Shown in pieces: positions 27,345 through 36,972 of a DNA stretch of 64,000 nucleotides. Both the position numbers and the translations under genes were made by a program. Below the pieces are notes generated by a model. That model worked only from the letters and a program-made list of their open reading frames with translations. It was not told the DNA's origin and searched no databases. Position 1 is the first letter of the stretch. Each line of letters opens with the position of its first letter. Source of the stretch: an uncultured Gammaproteobacteria bacterium (GTDB lineage: Bacteria; Patescibacteriota; Microgenomatia; Daviesbacterales; UBA10151); assembly GCA_964394855.1 (NCBI GenBank), contig CAYMZD010000002.1, positions 131,964 to 195,963 of the forward strand. Reading direction: 5' to 3'.

Positions 27345-28202
27345 ATGGCTGTAGAAACTTTAACAGAATTAAAAGAAAGATTGAAGATACATCAAGGTGA
27401 ACCAGTATTAGTGGTAACAAGAGTTTTAAGGGGTAATGGTCCTTGCAGCGGGCCCATAATAGATATTTCTCTTGAAGAAACTCTTTGTTTGGGCATTTGT
27501 ACTCCCCCTTTTTTAGATCAAGTAAGAAATAGAATGCTTGATTTTACTATTCCCACTCCTTATCAAGCTGTCAGTACTGATAGATTTCATAGAGAGATGA
27601 TAAAAAAAGAAGATGGTCCGATTGCGCATTGGAGAATGTTAAGTGGACATTTTGGGAGAACCTTAACACAGATTGATGGCGATCCAGAAGGTCCCGCCTC
27701 CCTTACATATAAAAACCATAAAGCTAAAAATATACTTGAGGTAGAAGTTGGAGACGAAGAAGTGACAACGTGGTTTATAAATCATGCTTATTTTGGCAGG
27801 ATGCCAGTTTACGATAAAATGCTTCTAGACAGATTGGAAAAGACAGGCGAGAGAGTTGATTTGCAGCAATCCACTAAAGAAAAGCACTTTGATGCAACCG
27901 TACTTTATGGTTATCAAAAAATGAGAAAAGCCCTAGGGCTTGTACCGGCTATTTTACCGGTAGATATTCAAGAAATGGTTGATTCAGGAATTGAAACAAG
28001 AAGATTACAAATTCTCGATTTACTTGAGAGTTTATACGACGGCAGAAAGAGAACTAGTTTAAAAGAAAAGTTGCCAGAGGCTATTGATTGGGAAATGGAT
28101 ACCGGAGAATGGGTAGTTAGGAGAAATCCATTTCCGGGAGCTACACTTGAGATAGATGTCCCAAAATTTATCATAGCTATTAGAGAAATGATTGGGGCTT
28201 GA
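27345..28202 (+). CDS. Hypothetical protein (285 aa)
   Basis: Long ORF with typical local composition; no recognisable motifs. Confidence 0.4.
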   Translation: MAVETLTELKERLKIHQGEPVLVVTRVLRGNGPCSGPIIDISLEETLCLGICTPPFLDQVRNRMLDFTIPTPYQAVSTDRFHREMIKKEDGPIAHWRMLSGHFGRTLTQIDGDPEGPASLTYKNHKAKNILEVEVGDEEVTTWFINHAYFGRMPVYDKMLLDRLEKTGERVDLQQSTKEKHFDATVLYGYQKMRKALGLVPAILPVDIQEMVDSGIETRRLQILDLLESLYDGRKRTSLKEKLPEAIDWEMDTGEWVVRRNPFPGATLEIDVPKFIIAIREMIGA

Positions 28203-28233
28203 CAATAGCCTAAACTTACACTATAAATAATTC

Positions 28234-28506
28234 ATGACCAAAAATGAGTTAATTGAAAAAGTGGCCAAAAAAGCCTCTTTAACTAAAAGGGCTTCAGCTG
28301 ATGCTGTCAATAGCGTTTTTAACTTAACCAGGGATGCACTAGTGAGGGGGGAAAAAGTGGTTATTACCGGATTTGGTACTTTTTTAATTAGATCCAGAAG
28401 AGCCAGACGTGGTAGAAATCCTCAAACAGGGGAAACTATCCAAATCCCCAATAAAAAAACTCCCGGTTTTGTAGCCGGAAAAACCCTCAAAAGATTGATA
28501 AAATAG
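28234..28506 (+). CDS. hup: DNA-binding protein HU
   Basis: 90 aa; MTKNELIEKVA..., GFGTF, RNPQTGE arm motif. Confidence 0.85.
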   Translation: MTKNELIEKVAKKASLTKRASADAVNSVFNLTRDALVRGEKVVITGFGTFLIRSRRARRGRNPQTGETIQIPNKKTPGFVAGKTLKRLIK

Positions 28507-28525
28507 TGGTATACTGTGTCCATAC

Positions 28526-28831
28526 ATGAGTAAACCTAAATTGGATGAGCAAAGCTCGCACGCTAAAAACATCAAAATTCCTCTGGAAGTTTTAAATGAG
28601 TTGTTAACTCCCAGCGAAGCTCGGATGTTAAAAAATCGCTGGCAAATCTTAAAACTTTTGGAAGATGGTTTATCAATTAGACAGGTGGCCAAAGAGGCCA
28701 AGGTCGGTACTGATACGGTTGTTCGAGTGGCCCGGATGTCTGATAAAAATTCTTTAAGAAAAGCTTTGGATAAAAATAGAGAATTAAATATTAAACCTAA
28801 AACCCCTTGGATTTTTGGCAAAAGTGAATAA
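28526..28831 (+). CDS. TrpR/YerC-YecD-like helix-turn-helix protein
   Basis: LTPSEARMLKNRWQILKLLEDGLSIRQVAKEAKVGTDTVVRVAR resembles Trp-repressor-like fold. Confidence 0.45.
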   Translation: MSKPKLDEQSSHAKNIKIPLEVLNELLTPSEARMLKNRWQILKLLEDGLSIRQVAKEAKVGTDTVVRVARMSDKNSLRKALDKNRELNIKPKTPWIFGKSE

Positions 28832-28833
28832 GT

Positions 28834-29589
28834 TTATTTAAAAGTGGTAGCTAGTTTTTCCCACTGGGCCAAACGCAATTTTAATTGCGGATTAGCATCA
28901 ATTATTTCTTTGGCTTTTTGCAAATGTTCCTTAGCTTGTGGCGGGTCATCTTCTCTTAACATCTCTGCTATTCTCATATGTCCGCCGGAGACCCAAACAT
29001 CTTTATTGTAAGCCACTTCCTGATTAAATTCTAATTTTTTACCACCTGCCTCAAAATCTTCATCAGATAAAACCGGTACTGCTTCAAGTTCTACTAGAGC
29101 TTTTTCTGCTCTTTCTAAGGCTGATTTATCCCCTGCTTTATAGGCACAAGTTTCCAGATGGACTTTAAAATCAGCCACAATAGCAGCTCTTTTGTGAGGT
29201 TCCGGTGGGTTATTGATGATATTTTCCACAGCTTTTTGGTATGTGGCTACTGCATCTGGCAACTCTCCCAAAGTTTCCTGTGCTTTGGCCAGATTAAAAA
29301 GCGGTAGCGCTAAAGCCTGTTTATCCCCACTTGCTTGGGCCAGTTCCACAGATGCCATGGCTGTATGTTTGGCCAAAATTAAATAGTTTTTATCATCGGT
29401 TTTTTCAAATAAGTGACGGAGAGTTAAAAACCTGGAAGCTTGTACTTCAGCAAATCCCAGAGAATCACCACCTTGCTGATATGACACCGTGGCTTGATCA
29501 GTTAATTCCAAGGCTCTGGTAAAATCACCGCTTTCTCTGGCTTGTTCAGCCAAACCATGTAATCTTCTTCCTTCAGATTCCATGGCCAT
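28834..29589 (-). CDS. Hypothetical helical-repeat (TPR-like) protein
   Basis: 251 aa, Ala/Leu-rich helical repeats. Confidence 0.4.
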   Translation of the reverse strand: MAMESEGRRLHGLAEQARESGDFTRALELTDQATVSYQQGGDSLGFAEVQASRFLTLRHLFEKTDDKNYLILAKHTAMASVELAQASGDKQALALPLFNLAKAQETLGELPDAVATYQKAVENIINNPPEPHKRAAIVADFKVHLETCAYKAGDKSALERAEKALVELEAVPVLSDEDFEAGGKKLEFNQEVAYNKDVWVSGGHMRIAEMLREDDPPQAKEHLQKAKEIIDANPQLKLRLAQWEKLATTFK

Positions 29590-29600
29590 ATTATACCATA

Positions 29601-30896
29601 TTATATAAAGGGATTTTTGGTCAGATTAGTGAGAAAGAATAACTGGACCAGATTTTTAGGTAAAGGTATTCCTGTAAAAAATGGGAAAAATAAAAGAAAA
29701 CTTAAGAACATTAAAATTAAAAGTGCCATGACAAAACTTTTATCTTTAATTTTATCTACTTGATATCCTAAAGCTAATACTAAAAAAGGTATGGAGGGGG
29801 AGTAATGGTATAAAAACATTACCCGAGGTGATAAGGCCCAGGGTAGCCAAAAAATAAAATATCCCAACAAAATGATAAATAAATTTCTTGAGCGCGTTTT
29901 AAGAAAATCAAATATGGTCAGAATTATGGCCAACACTCCTGTCCAAAAAACCAATGGATTACCCGATGCAAAAATGTTGGCAATTTTATCTTTTTGGTAA
30001 TCCACGAAATACCAAACAGGATAAAGATTAAACGGCCAACTCCACCAGGGAGAACCATAATCATGAGTGGCTTTAAGGTTAGTATTATACCACCACATTT
30101 GTTTTTGCAATTCTAAAAAATTATTCCAACTACCGCCCAATAAAAAATACTGTGTATATGTAAAGGTATATATGATGAAAGGAATAAAAATAAAGATCGA
30201 GCTTAAAATAATGAAATCTTTAATTACTAAAAATAAAGAAAGTTTTTTAAATTCCTTTATATCATGGTTTATTTTTTCTAATCCAATCCAAAACCCAATT
30301 GCTATTAGCAGATAAGCGCCAGTCCATTTAGTAGCTATAGTTAATCCCAAACAAATACTAAGTATGAGTAGTCTGACATTTTTTTCCTCTGGTGGACCGG
30401 TTTTATATTTTATAAACGCCAAAAAACTCACCAAAATAAAAAAGACGATTACTATATCATTCATATTGATGCGGGATTGCACCAGCAGCAGACCATCCAA
30501 AGAGGCAATAAAAGAAGCCACAAGGGCAATAGTTTTTTTATCAGGGAAAAGCGAGCGGGCTATTAAATATATTAGAAAAATTATACCTACCCCTAAACCG
30601 ACATTAACCACTCTCCACCCAAATGAATTAACGCCAAAAACTAAAATTCCCATGGCATCAATTAATTTAGCCAGGGGTGGATGAGTCCATCCATATGCGG
30701 TGCCGGCAATGGGAGATGTAGACTTCCACTCATAAGCCTCCTTGCTTCCTTTGGTAAATTCTATAGTGGTAAAGGCATTATAAACTTCATCAAAAACATA
30801 ATTTTTGGGATAATCTAATCTATAAATCCTGGAAAAAAGGGAAAATATCAATATTAAAATTAAAGCAAGCGTTATTTTATTAAATTTTTTTAGCAT
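29601..30896 (-). CDS. GT-C-fold membrane glycosyltransferase (PMT_2/ArnT-like)
   Basis: 431 aa polytopic membrane protein, N-terminal DE-containing loop typical of family 39/83 GTs. Confidence 0.55.
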   Translation of the reverse strand: MLKKFNKITLALILILIFSLFSRIYRLDYPKNYVFDEVYNAFTTIEFTKGSKEAYEWKSTSPIAGTAYGWTHPPLAKLIDAMGILVFGVNSFGWRVVNVGLGVGIIFLIYLIARSLFPDKKTIALVASFIASLDGLLLVQSRINMNDIVIVFFILVSFLAFIKYKTGPPEEKNVRLLILSICLGLTIATKWTGAYLLIAIGFWIGLEKINHDIKEFKKLSLFLVIKDFIILSSIFIFIPFIIYTFTYTQYFLLGGSWNNFLELQKQMWWYNTNLKATHDYGSPWWSWPFNLYPVWYFVDYQKDKIANIFASGNPLVFWTGVLAIILTIFDFLKTRSRNLFIILLGYFIFWLPWALSPRVMFLYHYSPSIPFLVLALGYQVDKIKDKSFVMALLILMFLSFLLFFPFFTGIPLPKNLVQLFFLTNLTKNPFI

Positions 30897-30957
30897 AGCC
30901 TTTCTTAGAAATTATAGCAAAGATGGTAGAGTATAATCTAACCTGCTACTTAAAAAG

Positions 30958-31938
30958 ATGAAAAAAATTTTAGTAATTTTAGGACCAACTGCCACCGGCA
31001 AAACTGATTTGGCTCTTGTCTTGGCCAAAAAATTTAATGGTGAGCTAATTGCTTGTGATAGTCGGCAAGTTTATATTGGTTTAGATATAGGAACTGGCAA
31101 GATGCCATCTAAAAAATTACCAATTAAAAAAGTAAGTAGATTTTGGGAAATAAATGGAATACGAATCTGGATGTATGATGTGGTTAGCCCCAACACTCAA
31201 TACAGTGTGGCAAATTATGTCAAAGAGGCAACTCTAGTAATAGAGGGTGTTTTATCAAGAAAAAAATTACCTATTGTTGTTGGCGGAACAGGACTTTATT
31301 TAAAATCATTGCTTGAGGGATTATCTAATTTGGCAGTACCTGTTGATCTAAATTTAAGAAATGAACTGGATCAGCTAACTGTTGATAAGTTACAACAAAA
31401 ATTAAAGAAGCTCTCACCAAAAAGATGGCATACCATGAATCAATCAGATAGACAAAATAACAGAAGATTAATTCGTTCTATTGAATTAGTCACTATGTAT
31501 GGATACATGGAAACTAATAAAAAATATGATGGTTTGATAAAGAAATTTAAGGTGTTAAAGATTGGGCTGACTGCTCCCAGAGAGGTTCTTTACAAAAGAG
31601 TTGATCTACGAGTTTTATCGAGAATAGACCAAGGAATGATTGAAGAAGCAATAAGCTTATATAAAAATGGTCTAACTTTAAAAAGAATGAGAAAGTTAGG
31701 TCTTGAATATAGAGTACTGGCAGATTATCTAGATGGCAAGATTCAGACAGTGGATGAGTTAATAAAAATTATGCAAGGTAAAATCCATGGATATTTAAGA
31801 CGCCAACTTACTTGGTTTAATAAAGAAAAAGATATTCACTGGTTTGATTTAACAGATGATCAATCTATGCCAGAAATAGAAAAATTAATTATTAAATGGT
31901 ATGATAATGCACGAATAGACGATGTCTCGCAAAATTGA
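30958..31938 (+). CDS. miaA: tRNA dimethylallyltransferase
   Basis: P-loop GPTATGKT, CDSRQVYIGLDIGTGK. Confidence 0.8.
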   Translation: MKKILVILGPTATGKTDLALVLAKKFNGELIACDSRQVYIGLDIGTGKMPSKKLPIKKVSRFWEINGIRIWMYDVVSPNTQYSVANYVKEATLVIEGVLSRKKLPIVVGGTGLYLKSLLEGLSNLAVPVDLNLRNELDQLTVDKLQQKLKKLSPKRWHTMNQSDRQNNRRLIRSIELVTMYGYMETNKKYDGLIKKFKVLKIGLTAPREVLYKRVDLRVLSRIDQGMIEEAISLYKNGLTLKRMRKLGLEYRVLADYLDGKIQTVDELIKIMQGKIHGYLRRQLTWFNKEKDIHWFDLTDDQSMPEIEKLIIKWYDNARIDDVSQN

Positions 31939-32890
31939 TATTTCACACAAGACAATAATTTTTGTCACCATATTTTTGTTAAGTCTTTGGATTGTTTATC
32001 ATATCCTAGATTTATTATTACTTTTATTTGTGGCTTTAATTTTTATGTCTGCTCTATCTCCTTTGATAAGTTTTCTTCAAAAACTAAAAATTCCTAAGGT
32101 TTTGGGAGTTTTGATAATTTATCTATTATTTTTGGGAGCAATTGGCGGACTGTTGACAGTTTCTTTTACTCCTTTGATTGAAGAAACAACCAAACTGGCA
32201 CTGACTCTGCCATCTGCTTTGGCAGATTTGCTAAAAGTTAATAATTTAGATCCAAATGTTATTCAATCTGAAGTGAGTAATTTATCAAAAAATTTGTTTT
32301 CCACTACTAGGGCAATTTTTGATAACATCATTACCATAATTTTTCTTTTGGTCTTGACATTTTATCTATTGCTGGAAAGAGAAAACTTGGAAAAAAGAGC
32401 TGCTTTCTTATTCACGGGCCAAGAAGACAGGATACAAAAGTTATTAATGGAGATAGAGGGAAAATTAGGTGCCTGGCTTCGTGGACAACTTTTTTTGAGT
32501 TTAATTATTGGGGTGCTGGTTTATTTAGGGCTATCTGTTTTACAGATTCCTTATGCCCTATCGCTGTCAATTTTAGCTGCCTTTACTGAAGTTATTCCTG
32601 TAATCGGCCCAATTATTTCTGCTATTCCAGCCATTCTTTTAGCATTGACTATTTCTCCGGTTTTAGCGGCAGTTGTTACAGCAATGTATTTTGTTATCCA
32701 ACAATTAGAAAATCATCTGGTGGTGCCACAGGTAATGAAAAAGGCGGTAGGTTTAAATCCTTTGGTGGTAATTTTGGCAATTGCTGTCGGGGGAAGGCTT
32801 TTAGGTATTGGCGGAGCCCTTTTGGCAGTACCTATTGTGGTGGTTTTGCAAATAATTGTGTTGGATATTCTAAGAGAAAAAAATGCCTAG
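31922..32890 (+). CDS. AI-2E family transporter (PerM/UPF0118)
   Basis: 8 TM segments with conserved C-terminal FTEVIPVIGPIIS...AVPIV region. Confidence 0.75.
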   Translation: MSRKIDISHKTIIFVTIFLLSLWIVYHILDLLLLLFVALIFMSALSPLISFLQKLKIPKVLGVLIIYLLFLGAIGGLLTVSFTPLIEETTKLALTLPSALADLLKVNNLDPNVIQSEVSNLSKNLFSTTRAIFDNIITIIFLLVLTFYLLLERENLEKRAAFLFTGQEDRIQKLLMEIEGKLGAWLRGQLFLSLIIGVLVYLGLSVLQIPYALSLSILAAFTEVIPVIGPIISAIPAILLALTISPVLAAVVTAMYFVIQQLENHLVVPQVMKKAVGLNPLVVILAIAVGGRLLGIGGALLAVPIVVVLQIIVLDILREKNA

Positions 32891-33216
32891 GAAGCTTGTA
32901 AGCCAGATTCTGTTTTAAGGCGATTATTTATCTAGTGCTCCTGACTTAGACCTTTAGGCGAGTAACCTGGTCATATCTAGGATTGCAGCGGGGAGGATTG
33001 CCTCTTTTCACCCTCTACCCCATACCAGATGGTATAGGGTGAGTCGTAGTCTCTGTGGCTCTCCAGCCAAAGGCTGGTCGTCCTTTGGACGAAACTAGCG
33101 GTTACCCGTGGATCGATTACTCGACCCCACCCTTACTCTGTGCTGTCTGGACTTTCCTGAACGTAACAAATCACTTGGTGACTGTGTACGTCCCAATCAC
33201 CCATCTTCCTAGGCCC
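32885..33216 (-). ncRNA. rnpB: RNase P RNA (bacterial), about 332 nt
   Basis: Minus-strand read contains CAGGAAAGTCCAGAC (CR-I/P4 5' strand) and AACAGAATCTGGCTTACA (CR-V/P4 3' strand); P1 formed by 5' GCCTAGGAAG and 3' CTTCCTAGGC; lies in an ORF-free gap. Confidence 0.8.
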
Positions 33217-33245
33217 TGATATTATACTATAAAATAATGTAGGAA

Positions 33246-33617
33246 TCAATCTTTGGGAAGATAAGAATGAATTTCTTGTAGTAATTGATCCAAGTTTAAA
33301 GATGATTTAATAATATACCCTACAGCACCCAGCTTTAAGGCTTTATCAATAATTTCTTTTTCTCCTACTACTGTTAAAATCACCACCGGAATAGTTTTAG
33401 TCTGGGAGTTATTTTTTAATTTTTCCAAAACCTGAAGACCATTTAAGTTGGGCATGATGATATCTAAAAGTATTAAATCCGGGTTATTGTCTTGAGCTCT
33501 TTTAATCCCCTCCTCGCCGGAAGTAGCTAGTTCCACTCGAAAATTTTCTAAACTCAACATATTTTGATACATCCGACCCATATATTCGTTATCCTCAATG
33601 ATTAATATTCTTTTCAT
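33246..33617 (-). CDS. Response regulator receiver domain protein (CheY-like, no output domain)
   Basis: DD...D phospho-acceptor region LILLDIIMP, T and K conserved positions. Confidence 0.75.
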   Translation of the reverse strand: MKRILIIEDNEYMGRMYQNMLSLENFRVELATSGEEGIKRAQDNNPDLILLDIIMPNLNGLQVLEKLKNNSQTKTIPVVILTVVGEKEIIDKALKLGAVGYIIKSSLNLDQLLQEIHSYLPKD

Positions 33618-33625
33618 ATCTTAAA

Positions 33626-34888
33626 TTATACAATATTGGCCAAGGGTAAGGTAAAATCAAAAATCGAACCCTTGCCAATTTGGGAATACTCCAGTTTAAT
33701 TTGTCCCCCCATACCCTCAACCATAAACTTAGCAATATAAAGCCCAACCCCAGTACTTTTGGAAGTGGCTCGGGTGAGGATATCATCAGATGCCAGCTGA
33801 AATTTTCTAAATATTAATCTTTGATTTTGGGTTGATATTCCCTGACCGGTATCCTTAATAATAATTTTGGCCATATTTTCCTCGACTTTTAAGTCAATGG
33901 TAATTCCTCCCTGACTGGTAAATTTTATGGAATTATCCAAAAGATTTAGTAAAACTTGTTTAACTTTATTTTGGTCAGCCCCAACCCTGGGTATCTTAGC
34001 TGCAGAGTTAAATTTAATGTAGAGTCCTTTGTCTTGAGCGAGCTGTTTTAAGTTTTGGATGATTTCTTTTATCAGAGTTTTAACATCAAAAACTTCCTTT
34101 TTAAATTCAATCTTTCCTTGTTCAAAACGAGAGATATCAAGAAAATCATTGACAATATTAATAAGCTGTAGGCTGGAATCATAGATATCATCTAAAATTT
34201 TATTAAATCTTTCATTCTCGTGATTATAATGTTTTTTGATAATTTCAGTATTTCCCCTAATCACAGCTAGAGGAGTTTTTAACTCATGGGTAGCAATAGA
34301 GAAAAAATCCTTTTTAGAGCGCTCGAGGATATTTCCTTCTGTGACATCCTCAACTAAAATTACCGCCCCAATAAATTCTAAACGGATTTTTGGTTTTTTA
34401 TTAACTAAAACAATGGGGGTTAAATAAATATGTAAAAAAAGATTTTTGAAACTTAAATTATTGGCACTAAATGATTTTCTTTCTTCCAGGCATTTTTTAA
34501 CTTGAGTTCTAATATCAAAACAATCTTTTAAATTTGAGGAGACAAGATTCATATCACATTTTAAATTGATTAAATTAGGATCTGTCATAGCATTTTTTAT
34601 ATTGGGATAATCACTACAAAGAAGAACTTTGGCCGCAGTATTGATAGTTTCAATCTCGCCTTTTTGATCTGTAATAATAAATCCGACATTAATTGAGTTT
34701 AGAGCAGCTTCTAATTTGGCCTTTTCTTTTTTAAGCTGGGATAAATATTTTTGAAATGGGAAAAATATCATAATTTTAGTATATACTAAAATGGATGCTG
34801 GCAAAAGTTCTATCTGGCGCCAATGTGGGTTTGGATGCTGTGGCTGTAAATGTGGAAGTTGATATTGCCTCAATGGGACTGCCTTCAT
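33626..34888 (-). CDS. Sensor histidine kinase (PAS + HisKA + HATPase_c); true start may be the ATG at 34771
   Basis: H-box HELKTPL, N/G1/G2 boxes in C-terminus; first 39 codons overlap comM antisense. Confidence 0.75.
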   Translation of the reverse strand: MKAVPLRQYQLPHLQPQHPNPHWRQIELLPASILVYTKIMIFFPFQKYLSQLKKEKAKLEAALNSINVGFIITDQKGEIETINTAAKVLLCSDYPNIKNAMTDPNLINLKCDMNLVSSNLKDCFDIRTQVKKCLEERKSFSANNLSFKNLFLHIYLTPIVLVNKKPKIRLEFIGAVILVEDVTEGNILERSKKDFFSIATHELKTPLAVIRGNTEIIKKHYNHENERFNKILDDIYDSSLQLINIVNDFLDISRFEQGKIEFKKEVFDVKTLIKEIIQNLKQLAQDKGLYIKFNSAAKIPRVGADQNKVKQVLLNLLDNSIKFTSQGGITIDLKVEENMAKIIIKDTGQGISTQNQRLIFRKFQLASDDILTRATSKSTGVGLYIAKFMVEGMGGQIKLEYSQIGKGSIFDFTLPLANIV

Positions 34889-36330
34889 TTACCATTGTTG
34901 GTTTGGGTGATAGAGCGATAGAAGAAAGTAAAGAAAGAGTCAGGGCCGCCATTAGAAATACCGGTGGCGATTTTCCCGCAAGGAAAATAACCATCAATTT
35001 AGCTCCGGCAGATCTGCCCAAAGAAGGCCCCTCGTATGATTTACCAATCGCTCTGGGTCTTCTTTTAGCGGCAGAGCAGATTCCAAAGATCAGTCCGGGT
35101 TTTAATTTAAACGAAACGTTGGTGGTGGGAGAACTTTCATTGGACGGAACTTTGAGAAGAACACAAGGTATATTGCCTTTGGCAATTTTGGCTCATCAGC
35201 TAGGTTTAAAAAAAATAATAATTCCTCAAGCTAATGCTGAAGAAGCAGCCATAGTAGAGGACTTGGAAATTTTTGCCTTTGATAATTTACAACAAGTTAC
35301 ACAGGTATTATTAGGTCAAACAAAGATAAAGGCTGTTAAAAAGAAAAAAGTTCATCTAGAAGAAGATCTCAATTACGAATATGATTTTTGCCAAATTAAG
35401 GGTCAAGAGCAAGCCAAAAGAGCCTTGGAGATTGCAGCAGCAGGAGGACACAACGTTTTACTCAAAGGTCCACCTGGAGCTGGTAAAACCATGTTGGCCA
35501 GAAGCTTTCCTTCAATTTTGCCTCCTTTGACTTTGGAAGAGGCCATAGAAGTGACTAAGATTTATTCTATTTCTGGTAATTTACTCACGGGTCAATCTCT
35601 GATTGTCACTAGACCATTTCGCAGCCCTCATCATACTGCTTCGTATGTTGGTTTAATCGGCGGGGGAAATTCCATTAGACCAGGGGAAGTGTCGTTGGCC
35701 CATCGCGGGGTACTATTTTTGGACGAATTGCCAGAGTTTCAAAGACAGGTTTTGGAAGCACTGCGGCAACCCCTAGAAGATCACCATGTGACCATTTCCC
35801 GAGCCTCTGGGTCTTTAACTTTTCCCTCCCAATTTATTTTAATGGCTGCTCAAAACCCCTGTCCATGTGGATTTTTAGGGGATAGAAGAAGGAACTGTAG
35901 CTGCATGCCAGGGCAAATTGCCAAATATCAACGTCGTGTATCTGGACCATTTTTAGATAGGATTGATATTCATCTGGAAATACCAGCGGTTGAAGTAGAA
36001 AAACTTTCAGGCAATCTGCTTGCAGAGGACTCTAAAACTATCAGGCAAAGAGTGACCTTGGCCAGGAAGAAACAGCAGCAAAGATTTAGGGGAAAGTTTC
36101 TGACCAATTCAGAAATGGGCAATAGTGAGATCAGAGAATTTTGTCAAATTACCCCGGATGGTTTGAATTTACTCAAAATGGCTATATCTTCTTTGAATCT
36201 CTCCGCCAGGGGTTATCATCGGGTACTTAAACTTTCCAGAACTATTGCTGATTTGGCTGGCTCTGAACCAATTTTAACTGAGCATGTGGCTGAAGCCTTG
36301 CAATATAGGGCCAGAGATGAGGCGGTGTGA
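34795..36330 (+). CDS. comM: Mg-chelatase-like AAA+ ATPase ComM/YifB
   Basis: N-terminal MLAKVLSGANVGLDAVAVNVEVD, Walker A GPPGAGKT, C-terminal ChlI/MCM region. Confidence 0.85.
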   Translation: MLAKVLSGANVGLDAVAVNVEVDIASMGLPSFTIVGLGDRAIEESKERVRAAIRNTGGDFPARKITINLAPADLPKEGPSYDLPIALGLLLAAEQIPKISPGFNLNETLVVGELSLDGTLRRTQGILPLAILAHQLGLKKIIIPQANAEEAAIVEDLEIFAFDNLQQVTQVLLGQTKIKAVKKKKVHLEEDLNYEYDFCQIKGQEQAKRALEIAAAGGHNVLLKGPPGAGKTMLARSFPSILPPLTLEEAIEVTKIYSISGNLLTGQSLIVTRPFRSPHHTASYVGLIGGGNSIRPGEVSLAHRGVLFLDELPEFQRQVLEALRQPLEDHHVTISRASGSLTFPSQFILMAAQNPCPCGFLGDRRRNCSCMPGQIAKYQRRVSGPFLDRIDIHLEIPAVEVEKLSGNLLAEDSKTIRQRVTLARKKQQQRFRGKFLTNSEMGNSEIREFCQITPDGLNLLKMAISSLNLSARGYHRVLKLSRTIADLAGSEPILTEHVAEALQYRARDEAV

Positions 36331-36357
36331 AAACCCCATACCAGATTGGTACAGGGC
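36329..36357 (-). terminator. Intrinsic terminator (minus strand: GCCCUGUACC-AAUCU-GGUAUGGGG + U4) between convergent comM and small Zn-ribbon gene
   Basis: Stem with G-U wobbles only on minus-strand RNA, followed by UUUU. Confidence 0.45.
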
Positions 36358-36372
36358 TTTCACAGATTGAAG

Positions 36373-36516
36373 TTAAACACCACCGATTCTAAACATAGAA
36401 GTGCCACAAACAGGACAAGTACCTTTGGCGGCTTTTTTGCCATTTTTCATAGTCACTTCTTGAACATTTTGTGCATCTCTTTTTTGTCGACATTTTACGC
36501 AATACATTTGTGCCAT
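36373..36516 (-). CDS. Small zinc-ribbon protein (47 aa; DUF5679-like)
   Basis: Hand-translated: MAQMYCVKCRQKRDAQNVQEVTMKNGKKAAKGTCPVCGTSMFRIGGV; CxxC...CxxC; strong SD AAAGGGGGTGAGG. Confidence 0.55.
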   Translation of the reverse strand: MAQMYCVKCRQKRDAQNVQEVTMKNGKKAAKGTCPVCGTSMFRIGGV

Positions 36517-36535
36517 AGTTATACCTCACCCCCTT

Positions 36536-36556
36536 TCAATCCGATTAAATCGGATT
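36536..36556. promoter_or_regulatory. Palindrome copy 1: AATCCGATT-A-AATCGGATT (core CCGATTAAATCGG)
   Basis: 20-40 nt upstream of the Zn-ribbon gene start (minus strand). Confidence 0.4.
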
Positions 36557-36868
36557 TCAAAATAGTCTCAGCTTGCTAGATAGCTGGCTAAAATAAATTA
36601 TGAACTGGGCTGCAATTGCCAGGGAGGCGAGAATTAAAATCTTGCGAAGGTCCTGTTTGAGATAAGCAAGGTCAGTTCGGAAGGAACCGGAAGGACTCTG
36701 TAAGTCGGAGATATCAGAAGATCTGATAGATCTGGTTGGTTGATTATCCGAAACACCGATTTTCCGAGTTATTCCGAGTTGTTCTGAACCCTTGCCATAC
36801 AGCTGCATATTGAGCAGTTTGAGGCGCTTTTCTATGTCAGACTGTTTATGAGTACGCATAATAGGCAT
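36557..36868 (-). CDS. Possible small membrane-anchored protein (103 aa, C-terminal TM); uncertain
   Basis: ORF flanked on both sides by palindrome copies 1 and 2; Ser-rich; no SD. Confidence 0.3.
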   Translation of the reverse strand: MPIMRTHKQSDIEKRLKLLNMQLYGKGSEQLGITRKIGVSDNQPTRSIRSSDISDLQSPSGSFRTDLAYLKQDLRKILILASLAIAAQFIIYFSQLSSKLRLF

Positions 36869-36908
36869 GACATGAGCCTACCACGCACAAGCGAGCTTTG
36901 TCAAGCAC

Positions 36909-36928
36909 CAATTCCGATTAAATCGGAA
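36909..36928. promoter_or_regulatory. Palindrome copy 2: TTCCGATT-A-AATCGGAA (core CCGATTAAATCGG)
   Basis: about 45 nt upstream of polysaccharide deacetylase start, followed by TTGAAC and TGtTAAAAT promoter-like elements. Confidence 0.4.
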
Positions 36929-36972
36929 CCAATTGAACCTAAAACTATAAGATTTGTGTTAAAATATGAAAG

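Noticed and set aside
33020-33046. Motif CCCCATACCAGAT(T)GGTAyAGGG shared between the RNase P RNA (33020-33046) and the comM/Zn-ribbon intergenic terminator (36334-36356)
   Set aside because: Both are simple hairpins that pair perfectly only on the minus-strand RNA. Similarity of about 21/24 nt is most likely convergent stem-loop sequence rather than a dispersed repeat family, and only two copies are present.
34795-34888. 94-nt antisense overlap between comM N-terminus and histidine kinase ORF start
   Set aside because: It is probably an ORF-calling artefact, since the kinase most likely starts at the internal ATG at 34771 and not a genuine long overlap.
36346-36579. ORF 36346..36579 (+, 77 aa)
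   Set aside because: It is antisense to the well-supported small Zn-ribbon gene (strong SD, conserved CxxC pairs) and has an odd composition, so it is rejected as a shadow ORF.
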